The translations under genes and the position numbers were made by a program. Shown one piece after another: positions 1 through 8,537 of a stretch of 64,000 nucleotides of DNA. The stretch is from Fibrobacteria bacterium. Lineage in GTDB: Bacteria > Fibrobacterota > Chitinivibrionia > Chitinivibrionales > FEN-1185. Position 1 is the first letter of the stretch; every line of letters begins with the position of its first letter. Below the pieces are notes generated by a model. It worked only from the letters and a program-made list of their open reading frames with translations, did no database searches and was not told the origin of the DNA. The stretch is from the NCBI GenBank assembly GCA_037447435.1, contig JBBIGR010000020.1:1-64000 (forward strand), given 5' to 3'.

Positions 1-120
1 GCAGTTTGAGATTAATTTAAACTAAAATCGGACATTGACTCAAAAACGCGCCGCGATCGTTCTGTTACTAGTATAGGGGTCAAAATAGAAAAAGATAATC
101 GTGAAATATCTAGTGCAATA

Positions 121-489
121 TTGCTTGGCTATGGAGGAACTTCCGGATTACACGACAATTCTTTTATAGTCGAAAGTAATGGGCTTTTTATTTGCGTCGA
201 CAATGATGTTATGTGCTTAAATATTCCAGAATTAAATCTTAATTGGCGAGAGAAAATAGACGATGCAACCTGTTTTGAAATTTTCAAATACTCTGATGAT
301 TTCATCATACACGGTGAACTTTCGATTGCAAGGATTTCATTCACAGGTAAAATAAAATGGTCTTTTTACGGGCCCGATATTTTTTCTGAAGAATTTAAAA
401 TTTCAGACAATAGGATTTATGCAACAGATTTCAATCATGACCTTTTTGTTCTCGATATTCAAACGGGAAAAGAACTAAAACGACAATGA
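121..489 (+). CDS. Hypothetical protein (beta-rich, WD/PQQ-like repeats); true start uncertain, possibly 5'-damaged
   Basis: 122-aa ORF from TTG. The frame stays open back to position 16 without an ATG, and there is a stop at 13-15. Confidence 0.55.
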   Translation: MLGYGGTSGLHDNSFIVESNGLFICVDNDVMCLNIPELNLNWREKIDDATCFEIFKYSDDFIIHGELSIARISFTGKIKWSFYGPDIFSEEFKISDNRIYATDFNHDLFVLDIQTGKELKRQ

Positions 490-659
490 AAATTGGTCAA
501 TGCAGACATAAAATCCGACTGTTTTGTAAATGCAAAGGCTATTTTAAGGTTATTAAGGTAAAGCATGTTCCTGGGAAACCGAATTGGGAAGGCGAATTTG
601 AGGAAGCGCAGAATGGTGACAAGGAAATTTTTGATGCTGTGAAGGGTAATGCGGGATGA
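486..659 (+). CDS. Small hypothetical protein (57 aa, MKIGQCRHKIRLFCKCKG...)
   Basis: Read manually. ATGA overlaps at both ends (486-489 and 656-659) suggest translational coupling. Confidence 0.35.
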   Translation: MKIGQCRHKIRLFCKCKGYFKVIKVKHVPGKPNWEGEFEEAQNGDKEIFDAVKGNAG

Positions 660-671
660 CTGAATGGAAAA

Positions 672-712
672 TGTCTGAACACGATTCGCTTGATTTCAAG
701 ATGGCCAGGATT
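672..712 (+). repeat. 41-bp element, copy L1 (TGTCTGAACACGATT...CAGGATT)
   Basis: 31/41 identical to 1476-1516 and 30/41 to the reverse complement of 1549-1589 (manual alignment). Confidence 0.7.
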
Positions 713-761
713 TTGAATAAGATGAATAGTTGGGTCAGAATTCGGGAAAAGGAGTTAGTAC

Positions 762-1172
762 ATGAATAACGATATCCGGTGGAAACAAAGGTTCGAAAAT
801 TTTGAAAATGCCTATAAAACTTTCAATCGGATGATAGACCGGAATAGCAAAACTCCGGACGACGAAGCCGTTAAGATGGCTTTGGTGCAGGCGTTTGAAT
901 TTACGTATGAACTTTCATGGAATACCATGAAAGATTATCTCGAAAATGAAGGGTTCGATGAAATCAAAACCGGTAGGCAAGCAATCCGCACCGCTTTTCA
1001 AGCGGAACTGATCACGAACGCGGAAGAATGGATGACGGTTGTGGAAAAGCGAAATCTTGCCAGTCATACTTATACAATTGAGATCCTCGACGAGACCATT
1101 ACATTTATTCTTGAAGAATTTTACCCTGTCGTTCGCAAACTTTATGAGGACTTAAAGAGAAGGCTGAAATGA
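762..1172 (+). CDS. HI0074-family nucleotidyltransferase substrate-binding / HEPN toxin
   Basis: N-terminus DIRWKQRFENF, QAFEFTYELSWNTMKDYL and HEPN Rx4H motif RNLASHTY; overlaps the downstream MNT gene (ATGA). Confidence 0.9.
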   Translation: MNNDIRWKQRFENFENAYKTFNRMIDRNSKTPDDEAVKMALVQAFEFTYELSWNTMKDYLENEGFDEIKTGRQAIRTAFQAELITNAEEWMTVVEKRNLASHTYTIEILDETITFILEEFYPVVRKLYEDLKRRLK

Positions 1173-2143
1173 AATACGGGTTAAGCGAAAAACAGCTTAA
1201 AGAAATTATAATTAAAATTTCCGGATTTCCTGAAATTGAAGAAGCTATTCTGTTCGGGTCACGTGCAATTGACACATTCAAAGAAGCATCCGATGTCGAT
1301 ATTGCATTAAAGGGAGCGAAAGTGAATGCCGGCCTTGCCGCAAAACTCAAATTTGTGTTTGAAGAAGATACATATTTACCGTTCTTTTTTGACTTTGTAG
1401 CGTACCCGATAATTACGAATGAGAAACTGAAAGAGCATATTAATAAAAAGGGTATTGTAATTTATAGAAAAAAAATGTCTGAACATAATTCGCAAAATTA
1501 CAGGATAGACACGATTATAAAAAATGAAAATGCAGTGCGGGAGAATCCAATCCAGGACATCCGGAAATCCGAGAAATCGTGTGCGGACAATGTGGAAGAT
1601 GAAACTGGTATGAGCGAATGGAAGGAATGCAAATTGGCCGATGTCGCAGAAAAATTTGCGATGGGGCCATTTGGATCAAATATTAAAGCAGAGAATTTTT
1701 GCGATTCTGGCGTACCTGTTATACGTGGTACTAATCTGAATTTTTATAAGTATGTCGGTGATAAAATTTTAACTGCCGCAGAAGTAATTGAAGAGCTCAT
1801 TAAATTGAGCAAAGAAATCAAAGAAATGGATAAAGAGCCCAAAGAAATGGGCTTATCGGATTCCGAGTATGCTTTTTATACTGCAATTGCAGATAATGAT
1901 AGTGCCAGACAATTGATGCAAAAAGACAAATTGAGAGAGCTTGCTGTCGTACTTTTTGAAAAAGTCAGGGAAAATGCTTCAATTGACTGGACAATTAAAG
2001 AGAGTGTGAAAGCGAAATTAAAAGTCATTGTAAAAAGAATTTTGAGACAATATGGCTATCCGCCGGACATGCAAATGCTTGCAACTGAAACAGTTTTGAA
2101 ACAGGCGGAATTATTGGCAGAGGAAATGACAAAGGGGAAATAA
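1169..2143 (+). CDS. Chimeric ORF: MNT antitoxin + linker + HsdS N-terminal fragment + HsdR C-terminal (DUF3387-like) fragment
   Basis: aa1-100 ILFGSRA...SDVDIA (MNT); from 1610 MSEWKECKLADV...MGPFGSNIK...GVPVIRGTNL (HsdS start); from ~1760 KILTAAEVIEELI...IDWTIKESVKAKLKVIVKRILRQYGYPPD (HsdR C-terminus). Confidence 0.8.
   Translation: MKYGLSEKQLKEIIIKISGFPEIEEAILFGSRAIDTFKEASDVDIALKGAKVNAGLAAKLKFVFEEDTYLPFFFDFVAYPIITNEKLKEHINKKGIVIYRKKMSEHNSQNYRIDTIIKNENAVRENPIQDIRKSEKSCADNVEDETGMSEWKECKLADVAEKFAMGPFGSNIKAENFCDSGVPVIRGTNLNFYKYVGDKILTAAEVIEELIKLSKEIKEMDKEPKEMGLSDSEYAFYTAIADNDSARQLMQKDKLRELAVVLFEKVRENASIDWTIKESVKAKLKVIVKRILRQYGYPPDMQMLATETVLKQAELLAEEMTKGK
1476..1589. repeat. 41-bp element copy L2 (1476-1516) and inverted copy R (1549-1589)
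   Basis: L2 matches L1 31/41; the reverse complement of R matches L1 30/41 and L2 24/41. Both lie in the non-homologous linker of the chimeric ORF. Confidence 0.65.
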
Positions 2144-2203
2144 TACCTGACGAAGTGCAATTTGCTCGACATAAATAGTTTTAAAGTACGATAAAAAACA
2201 ATC

Positions 2204-3067
2204 TTACCCAAAACTCTCAATCTTCTCTTTGCACTTTTTCCTCGTCAGCCTCTCCAGCTTTTTCACCTTATCGCCCAGATACTCTAATTCTTTCTTTGTA
2301 ATCTTATAGCCCTTTTTGTAACGGGCGTCGATGTAGGCTTTTTTGAGAAGGTCGAAGAGGCGCTTTTCTTCGGGGGTGGAATTGGGGATGACTTTTAAGA
2401 AAGCAGGTTCTAGCGCATTAACTTGTTTGCCGAGCTTTTCGAGGTCATGAATCTTGGGTTTGTAATGCGTGTAAACAAGGAGTATAGTGGAATATAAAGC
2501 TTCCGTAGCTTGGTGAAGTTGGAACGCTGCATTCTTATATCGATTTTTCGATAATTTAAATTTAAAATTATCAAAAAAATCCGCTTCATTATTAATCCAC
2601 ATTTTATAATCTTCTATCGCAACTTTCTTCCGTTCCTCGGAACTTAATTTTCTTGGCTTGGCAAGCTTGGTTTCGCCGGAATCGAAAAGCATGATTCCTT
2701 GCTTATAAATATCGGCAAAGAAATACTCGCCAAATTCGATTTTATTATTTAAAAAATCGATATCGTGAAGGATGATATTGACCCATGTTTTGCTCGCATG
2801 AGCTTTGGCGATTTGGGATTCGAACTTATCTTCGGTGCCGCGGCGGTAGGCATCGCGCGGATCTTTGGGCACAACCAGAATATCGTAATCGCTTTTGTAT
2901 TCGTATGTCGTATGCCCTTCGGTGTACACGTCTTCGACCCATGAGCCGCGGGCATACGAGCCGAACAATATCACCATATGCGTTGGGATGGTCTCGCAAA
3001 TCACCTTTGCAATTGCGCGCAGTTCCGCGCGTTTGTGCACCGGCAAATGTGAAAGGAATTTTTTCAT
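2204..3067 (-). CDS. Fused nucleotidyltransferase (MNT)-HEPN domain protein
   Basis: MVILFGSYARG...SDYDILVV (MNT) and AAFQLHQATE...HDLEKL...LLKKAYIDARY (HEPN); start taken at ATG 3067 (MKKFLSHLP). Confidence 0.88.
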   Translation of the reverse strand: MKKFLSHLPVHKRAELRAIAKVICETIPTHMVILFGSYARGSWVEDVYTEGHTTYEYKSDYDILVVPKDPRDAYRRGTEDKFESQIAKAHASKTWVNIILHDIDFLNNKIEFGEYFFADIYKQGIMLFDSGETKLAKPRKLSSEERKKVAIEDYKMWINNEADFFDNFKFKLSKNRYKNAAFQLHQATEALYSTILLVYTHYKPKIHDLEKLGKQVNALEPAFLKVIPNSTPEEKRLFDLLKKAYIDARYKKGYKITKKELEYLGDKVKKLERLTRKKCKEKIESFG

Positions 3068-3192
3068 GATGGTAAAAACAAAATACAATATTGCGCAAAT
3101 TTAAACATTTAATACAATGGGAAATGCAATGATGCGAAGATGCAAGAGAGACGTGGCGCCCACGTCTCTACGGGGAATTCGGAAATTTTGAA
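2909..3192. repeat. Direct repeat copy 1 (5' end and upstream region of the MNT-HEPN gene plus REP-like hairpin)
   Basis: Matches 7177-7483; I count 5 mismatches over the first 219 bp. Confidence 0.95.
3147..3171 (-). repeat. GTAG-type REP-like palindrome (GTAGAGACGTGGGCGCCACGTCTCT)
   Basis: AGAGACGTGG/CCACGTCTCT stem with GTAG at the 5' foot on the - strand; second copy at 7437-7462. Confidence 0.7.
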
Positions 3193-4400
3193 ATCTTTGC
3201 CCAAAAACTTGTTTTGCGTCCATGATCCGCCTTGATTCGACTATAATAATCCGAATGCGAAGCCGTTGATCCCCAATCGATTATTTTGGGTGCCAATAAA
3301 ACAAGTTTTTTCAGATATCGTATTCCATAGCGGTAATATTTTGATTGAGCTCTATGGAGGATTGAGTCGAGAAGTGTTCTATAAAGCAACGATGCACCAA
3401 GAAACAAACCTTTTTTTTCAAACATCTCCGCAAGCGGAAGTACGCTGCCGTAAAAAACGCCGTTTATCAGAATCGCACGATCAATCACGTATTTTTCCGC
3501 GCTCTCAAATTGATCATTTTCTAAGAGAAAAATTGCATTCTGAAAATTAAACTCTTTCTCACTAAGGATTTTTGCGGTCTCTTCTTTAATTATCTCCGAT
3601 TTTTTGTTATGACCGACAACGCCGAGAAGTTGAGAAAAGTTCTCCATGTCCCGATAATTTCTAAAAATTGCCCACGCAATCTCATTTACTTTTTGTTGAT
3701 TATCGATTTTTTTGTAAATTGCCAACGCCAACTTCCTACGCTCGTCGGCCATATAATCTTCCTTAACCGATACTTTTTCTAGCCATAATTCTGCGGATTT
3801 CGGATCATCCGCTTCAAGATACGCACGTGCAATGTCGATGTATGCCGCAGTGGAACCTGCAGGCCAAGATGCCAGTCTGGCTTTTTCGAACATTGAGGGG
3901 TCTTTTAATTGTCGGGCAATTGTTTCAATCGCACAATACCATTGACGATCGTTATCCGATCCCGTCATTTTCCACAAATGGCCCACTAATTTACGTGTCA
4001 TGTCTTCATTCAAATAGGTAAGAGCATAATCAAATAAACAGTCTCTAACCCCATAACCGTTATCTTCATTCAATTTAATTATGATATCGCATAACCAATC
4101 TTTGTCTTCGCATTTCCGCGCAAAATGTACGAATGTCTCACGCGCGTCAATCCTGAAAACATCCCCGACGCTTCCGCTTGAATCATCACAATGATTAAAG
4201 ATATGTTTGTCCGACTTGTAGATTCCGGCAACAAGTTTAATGCCTTCACGAGGATCCGTAATTGCGGTTTTAATATCGTCAAGTATGTCGACCAGATCCG
4301 ACGCAACACCGTATACTTCGCGACCAACTATGAATCTTCGCGATGTTCTAAATGCGGCCAGCCTTCGCTTGACATTCTTAATTATTTCTTCGGAATCCAT
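3168..4400 (-). CDS. DUF6880-like helical-repeat protein
   Basis: CDDSSGSVGDVF, GYGVRD, LLYRTLLDSIL...SKYYRYGIRYL...HGRKTSFW resemble DUF6880 proteins. Confidence 0.7.
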   Translation of the reverse strand: MDSEEIIKNVKRRLAAFRTSRRFIVGREVYGVASDLVDILDDIKTAITDPREGIKLVAGIYKSDKHIFNHCDDSSGSVGDVFRIDARETFVHFARKCEDKDWLCDIIIKLNEDNGYGVRDCLFDYALTYLNEDMTRKLVGHLWKMTGSDNDRQWYCAIETIARQLKDPSMFEKARLASWPAGSTAAYIDIARAYLEADDPKSAELWLEKVSVKEDYMADERRKLALAIYKKIDNQQKVNEIAWAIFRNYRDMENFSQLLGVVGHNKKSEIIKEETAKILSEKEFNFQNAIFLLENDQFESAEKYVIDRAILINGVFYGSVLPLAEMFEKKGLFLGASLLYRTLLDSILHRAQSKYYRYGIRYLKKLVLLAPKIIDWGSTASHSDYYSRIKADHGRKTSFWAKISKFPNSP

Positions 4401-4567
4401 TGCCGCTCATTCCATGTGATTTTTAACCTTATAAAAGCAACCGTTCAGCAAAATAAATCGTGAAGAAAATCTAATTCAATAAATGCAAAAACGTATTTTA
4501 AAATATGATTAATAGTCATTATTGGTCGCAAAATAAATATTCGGTAAAAAATGGTAAAAAGGGCTAA

Positions 4568-5776
4568 ATGAAAAGATATAAGGCAAAAAAACCGATTGCG
4601 AATTTCTTTCGAGAAGACGAAATCGTATATGGCGCACGTATGGAAGGCGAATTGCCCGCTCGCAAAAACTCCTTTAAATTGATAGATTTGTTTTGCGGTG
4701 CGGGCGGAATGACTCTCGGCTTTACGGAAAAATTCGGCCATCATTTTAAGCCAATTTGGGCAAATGATTTTAACAAATATTGCGTAGAAACTTATAATGC
4801 AAATTTTGGAAATCATTGCGTTATGGGGGACATAGTTGAAATTCTGAAAAATCCGAAAACCATTATTCCGGAAGCGGATGTCGTTATCGGCGGACCGCCT
4901 TGCCAAGGTTTTAGTCTTTTAAATCGAAACAGAGTCGATGATCCGCGTCGCCAACTTTGGCGCCAGTACCTTGAAGTTGTTGAAAAATGCAAAGCTAAAG
5001 TCTTTGTTATTGAAAATGTGCCGCAGTTATTAGGTTCTTATGAGCACGGCGAAATAACCGGAATGGCTGAAAAACTAGGCTTTCATGTAGTTTCGGGCAA
5101 AGTTTGTGCTGCGGATTTCGGAGTTCCCCAAACCCGAGTTAGAGCGGTCATAATCGGAACAAAAATCGGAAACCCTTCGGCTCTCTTTCCGCCGCGTAAA
5201 ACGCATTTTAATCCGAATGGAAACGGGCGTTATCAAAACTCTCTGGATTTTTCCGGCAACGGCGATTTTCTTTTCGAACCCGATAAATGGCGTACCGTAC
5301 GCGATGCCATTTCCGATTTACCGACGCCCAAAGGTATTCAAATTCGAAATGAAAGGCCGCCTTTAGATCTTCATTTCGGTCGTACACCTACATTAATGAG
5401 CCTTAAACGATATAAAGCCATTCCCAAAGAAGGAATGAATAGATTCGATCTGCAAAAACGAGCACCCGAAATAACTCCGAAATGTTGGATTAGAAAAAAA
5501 TCCGGGGGAACCGATTTATTCGGTCGTTTATGGTGGGATAAACCCGCCGTCACAATGCGAACGGAATTTTACAAACCGGAAAAAGGCAGATACCTGCATC
5601 CCGAGCAACATCGGCCGATTACACATCGTGAAGCCGCGCGTTTTCAAAGCTTTCCCGATACTTTTATTTTTAGCGGCACAAAAATTGAAATCGCAAAGCA
5701 AATCGGAAATGCGGTGCCTCCGCTTTTGGCTGCAAGAATTGCGGATATAGTTTACGTTCTTCTCATAAAGGGTTAA
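4568..5776 (+). CDS. dcm: DNA (cytosine-5) methyltransferase
   Basis: Motif I DLFCGAGG, IV GGPPCQGFS, VI ENV, VIII GVPQTRVR, IX-X REAARFQSFPD...QIGNAVPP. Confidence 0.95.
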   Translation: MKRYKAKKPIANFFREDEIVYGARMEGELPARKNSFKLIDLFCGAGGMTLGFTEKFGHHFKPIWANDFNKYCVETYNANFGNHCVMGDIVEILKNPKTIIPEADVVIGGPPCQGFSLLNRNRVDDPRRQLWRQYLEVVEKCKAKVFVIENVPQLLGSYEHGEITGMAEKLGFHVVSGKVCAADFGVPQTRVRAVIIGTKIGNPSALFPPRKTHFNPNGNGRYQNSLDFSGNGDFLFEPDKWRTVRDAISDLPTPKGIQIRNERPPLDLHFGRTPTLMSLKRYKAIPKEGMNRFDLQKRAPEITPKCWIRKKSGGTDLFGRLWWDKPAVTMRTEFYKPEKGRYLHPEQHRPITHREAARFQSFPDTFIFSGTKIEIAKQIGNAVPPLLAARIADIVYVLLIKG

Positions 5777-5779
5777 CAT

Positions 5780-6196
5780 GTGGACATTTTCAATAAATCA
5801 AAACGAAGCCGGATAATGTCTCATGTTAAAAGTAAAGATACGAAACCGGAAATTTTAGTTCGGTCCATTGTTCATAGGCTCGGTTTTCGTTTTCGAAATC
5901 ATAAATCCGATTTACCCGGCAGGCCCGATATCGTTCTTGCAAAACATCGAAAAATAATTTTTATTCACGGTTGTTTTTGGCACGGGCATAAAAAATGTCG
6001 TAGGTCGGCAAGACCTAAAAGCAATAAAGCTTTCTGGAACGATAAACTCGATAAAAACATTGCACGGGATAAGAAAAACAAACATTTACTTGAATCGCTC
6101 GGATGGAATATATTGACTATATGGAGTTGCGAAATAACAAACATCGATACGGTCGAAAATAAACTTATAAAATTCCTTAATAAATCGAAGGGATAG
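5780..6196 (+). CDS. vsr: Very short patch repair endonuclease
   Basis: RSRIMSHVKSKDTKPE, LPGRPDI, FIHGCFWHGH, GWNILTIWSCE; directly follows the C5-MTase. Confidence 0.95.
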   Translation: MDIFNKSKRSRIMSHVKSKDTKPEILVRSIVHRLGFRFRNHKSDLPGRPDIVLAKHRKIIFIHGCFWHGHKKCRRSARPKSNKAFWNDKLDKNIARDKKNKHLLESLGWNILTIWSCEITNIDTVENKLIKFLNKSKG

Positions 6197-6199
6197 TTC

Positions 6200-7129
6200 A
6201 TGCCGAAAAGCCCAATCGATCCGGAAGAAATCCGTAAAAAATTAAAACAATTAATCGACCATTTTGAAGAAGAATTAAAAAGAAAAGATCTTCGTCAAAA
6301 AGTTCTTTCTCTTGTTCCCGTTTTTCAGCATTTGCGCGAACTTGGAAAATCCCTGATTTCAAAAGAAAACGCTTCAAGCGCCCGGGATCGCATCCTTTTT
6401 TACTTTTGTAAATATCCTCGAATCATTATTAACGGAGACGAGTTGTTGGTCGTTTCGGCAATTCAGGAATATGCCAGACGCGTCAGAGAACTTCGCGTTC
6501 AATTCGGTTGGTCGATTATAAACGGTATTACAGCTAAGGAAATGGCCGCCGAAAATGAATTTCCGCTTGAGAACGTCGATGTTTCAAAAATGAAACCCGA
6601 CGATTATCTTTTACTTTCGGAGAATGAAGATCGTGATGCCGCGCATCGATGGAATATCGCCAATGAAATCAGGAAACGAACGGACGGCGTAAGAAACAAA
6701 ATCATCGAATATTTCAAACAAAACGTCGGTAAATCAATAACGGGCGAAGAGCTTCGATATGTTGCGAACGACAAAACGGAATGGGCCCGAAGAGTTCGCG
6801 AATTGCGAACCGAATTCGGTTGGCCGATCGTAACAAAAAATACCGGGCGCCCCGATTTACCGGTAGGAAGCTACGTACTTGAATCATTAAGGCAAAGTCC
6901 GGAACACGATAGACAAATTCCGGATCCTATTCGCGGTTCCGTTCTTAAACGAGATAAATACAAATGCGTTAAATGCGAATGGTCGCATGAAGATTGGAAT
7001 CGTTCCGATCCCCGGCATCTTGAATTACACCATAAAAAAGAACATGCGCAAGGTGGAGAAAATACGGAAGAAAATCTGATAACCGTTTGTACCGTATGTC
7101 ATGATGATATACATAGAAAAAACAAATAG
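6200..7129 (+). CDS. HNH endonuclease with duplicated N-terminal domain; putative restriction endonuclease
   Basis: C-terminal RDKYKCVKC...LELHH...GGENTEENLITVCTVCH; two copies of (Y/W)ARRVRELRxxFGWxI; operonic with dcm-vsr. Confidence 0.85.
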   Translation: MPKSPIDPEEIRKKLKQLIDHFEEELKRKDLRQKVLSLVPVFQHLRELGKSLISKENASSARDRILFYFCKYPRIIINGDELLVVSAIQEYARRVRELRVQFGWSIINGITAKEMAAENEFPLENVDVSKMKPDDYLLLSENEDRDAAHRWNIANEIRKRTDGVRNKIIEYFKQNVGKSITGEELRYVANDKTEWARRVRELRTEFGWPIVTKNTGRPDLPVGSYVLESLRQSPEHDRQIPDPIRGSVLKRDKYKCVKCEWSHEDWNRSDPRHLELHHKKEHAQGGENTEENLITVCTVCHDDIHRKNK

Positions 7130-7152
7130 CATCGCTATGTTTATTTAAAAGG

Positions 7153-7335
7153 CTAAATTATAAAATTGATATAAAGCGTATGCCCTTCGGTGTACACGTC
7201 TTCGACCCATGAGCCGCGGGCATACGAGCCGAACAATATCACCATATGCGTTTGGATGGTCTCGCAAATCACCTTTGCAATTGCGCGCAGTTCCGCGCGT
7301 TTGTGTACCGGCAAATGTGAAAGGGATTTTTTCAT
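7153..7335 (-). pseudogene. Truncated 5' duplicate of the MNT-HEPN gene (about 53 homologous codons)
   Basis: MKKSLSHLPVHKRAELRAIAK...FGSYARGSWVEDVYTEGHT, then diverges at 7177 and stops. Confidence 0.9.
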
Positions 7336-7483
7336 GATTGTAGAAACAAAATACAATATTGCGCAAATTTAAACATTTAATACAATGGGAAATGCGATTC
7401 AATGAATACAATAATGCGGTAATGCGGTAATGCAAGAGAGACGTGGCGCCCCACGTCTCTACGGGAAATTCGGAAAATTCGAA
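7177..7483. repeat. Direct repeat copy 2 (includes REP-like hairpin 7437-7462)
   Basis: Near-identical to 2909-3192, with a short indel region before the REP. Confidence 0.95.
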
Positions 7484-7495
7484 TATCGGAAAATG

Positions 7496-7741
7496 CTATG
7501 CTGCTAAATTATCGATATGTCTCACATGCAAAACTTCATCATCCCGAAGTGGTTCGATTTGAGATTCATTGACAACGACGACAGTTATCGTGTCACCCTT
7601 TGCATTAAAAATCTCAAGAGAATACCCGTTTAAGTTCGCGGTTTCATGCGCATCTACAATAGTGGCAACATCTCCCGCCTTGAGATTAAAATCGGGCAAA
7701 TCGGTAGTAAGAGCTACACGGGAGAATAATGAATATTTCAT
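7496..7741 (-). CDS. DUF4926 domain protein
   Basis: MKYSLFSRVALTTDLP...LKAGDVATIVD...GYSLEIFNAKGDTITVVVV is the typical DUF4926 pattern. Confidence 0.8.
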   Translation of the reverse strand: MKYSLFSRVALTTDLPDFNLKAGDVATIVDAHETANLNGYSLEIFNAKGDTITVVVVNESQIEPLRDDEVLHVRHIDNLAA

Positions 7742-7742
7742 G

Positions 7743-7787
7743 TTATTTTTTTTCAGGAGCAAGTATCGTATTTTCAGGCAATTTCAA
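7743..7787 (-). pseudogene. 14-codon remnant resembling a DUF6883 N-terminus (MKLPENTILAPEKK*)
   Basis: TTG start with GAAAGGT upstream; stop 1 nt before the DUF4926 ATG; resembles recalled MKLP...IIAPEKL starts of DUF4926 partner genes. Confidence 0.45.
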
Positions 7788-7902
7788 GGAATTACCTTTC
7801 GATAAATAAAAGAATCTTTAAGGAAAATAGCTTTTTGACATACAAAAGAGGCAAAGGTAATGATTGCGATCGCATTTCTGTAAAAACCATAACGATTTTT
7901 TA

Positions 7903-8365
7903 TTCGAAGAAATTTTGATACCCGTGCGAGGTTCGATTTTGAGTCCGCAGAAATTTTGATGCCCTCGCAAGGTTCGATTTTTTAATCCACAGAATTTTTA
8001 ATAGCAGTGCGAACTTCGTTTTGTTACTCGCAATTTTTTTGAAGCCCTTGCGGGGTCTGTTTTTCAGTTCGCAAAACTTTTGAAGCCCTTGCAAGGTCTG
8101 TTTTTTAGTCCGCAAAATTTTTTATGGTCCTGCGAACTTCCGTTTTCTTATCCGCAGGAATGGAAATCGCCAAACAAGGTACTGCATTCTCACCCGCAGT
8201 AAAGAAATGCCTCTGCGAGACCTTGTTTTCTTATCCGCAATAATGAAATCGTCCAAACAAGGTCTTGCATTCTTATCCGCAAGAATGGGATATCCTTGCA
8301 AGGTACTGTTTGACCTTCCGCAAATTTTTTATGGCCTTGCGAACGTTCGTTTCGCATTCCCGGGA
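7903..8365. repeat. Degenerate tandem array, 11 full units of 41-42 bp plus a partial unit
   Basis: Unit starts (TCCGCA-like) at 7903, 7944, 7986, 8027, 8068, 8109, 8151, 8193, 8234, 8276, 8317, 8358. Confidence 0.85.
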
Positions 8366-8421
8366 AAATTTATATGATTTTTGGACGTGTTTTTATTGTT
8401 TCGAATTGAAAAAACGGAAAA

Positions 8422-8537
8422 ATTAAAAATTAAAGATTAAAGATTGAAGATTAAAGATTGAAGATTAAAGATTGAAGATTGAAAACCGGGAAACGGAAAA
8501 CCCGGAAAAATTAAAAATTAAAAATTAAAGATTAAAA
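8422..8537. repeat. Heptamer tandem repeats ATT(A/G)AA(A/G): 9 units at 8422-8484 and 4 units at 8510-8537
   Basis: Read directly from the sequence. Confidence 0.9.

Noticed and set aside
7900..8115. 71-aa ORF on the - strand (also 8554-8859 on +)
   Set aside because: The first runs through a repeat whose period is often not a multiple of 3; the second starts in low-complexity DNA and lies antisense to DUF116.
7903..8365. CRISPR array
   Set aside because: No invariant repeat alternating with unique spacers, the 41-42 bp period is too short, and there are no cas genes in the window.
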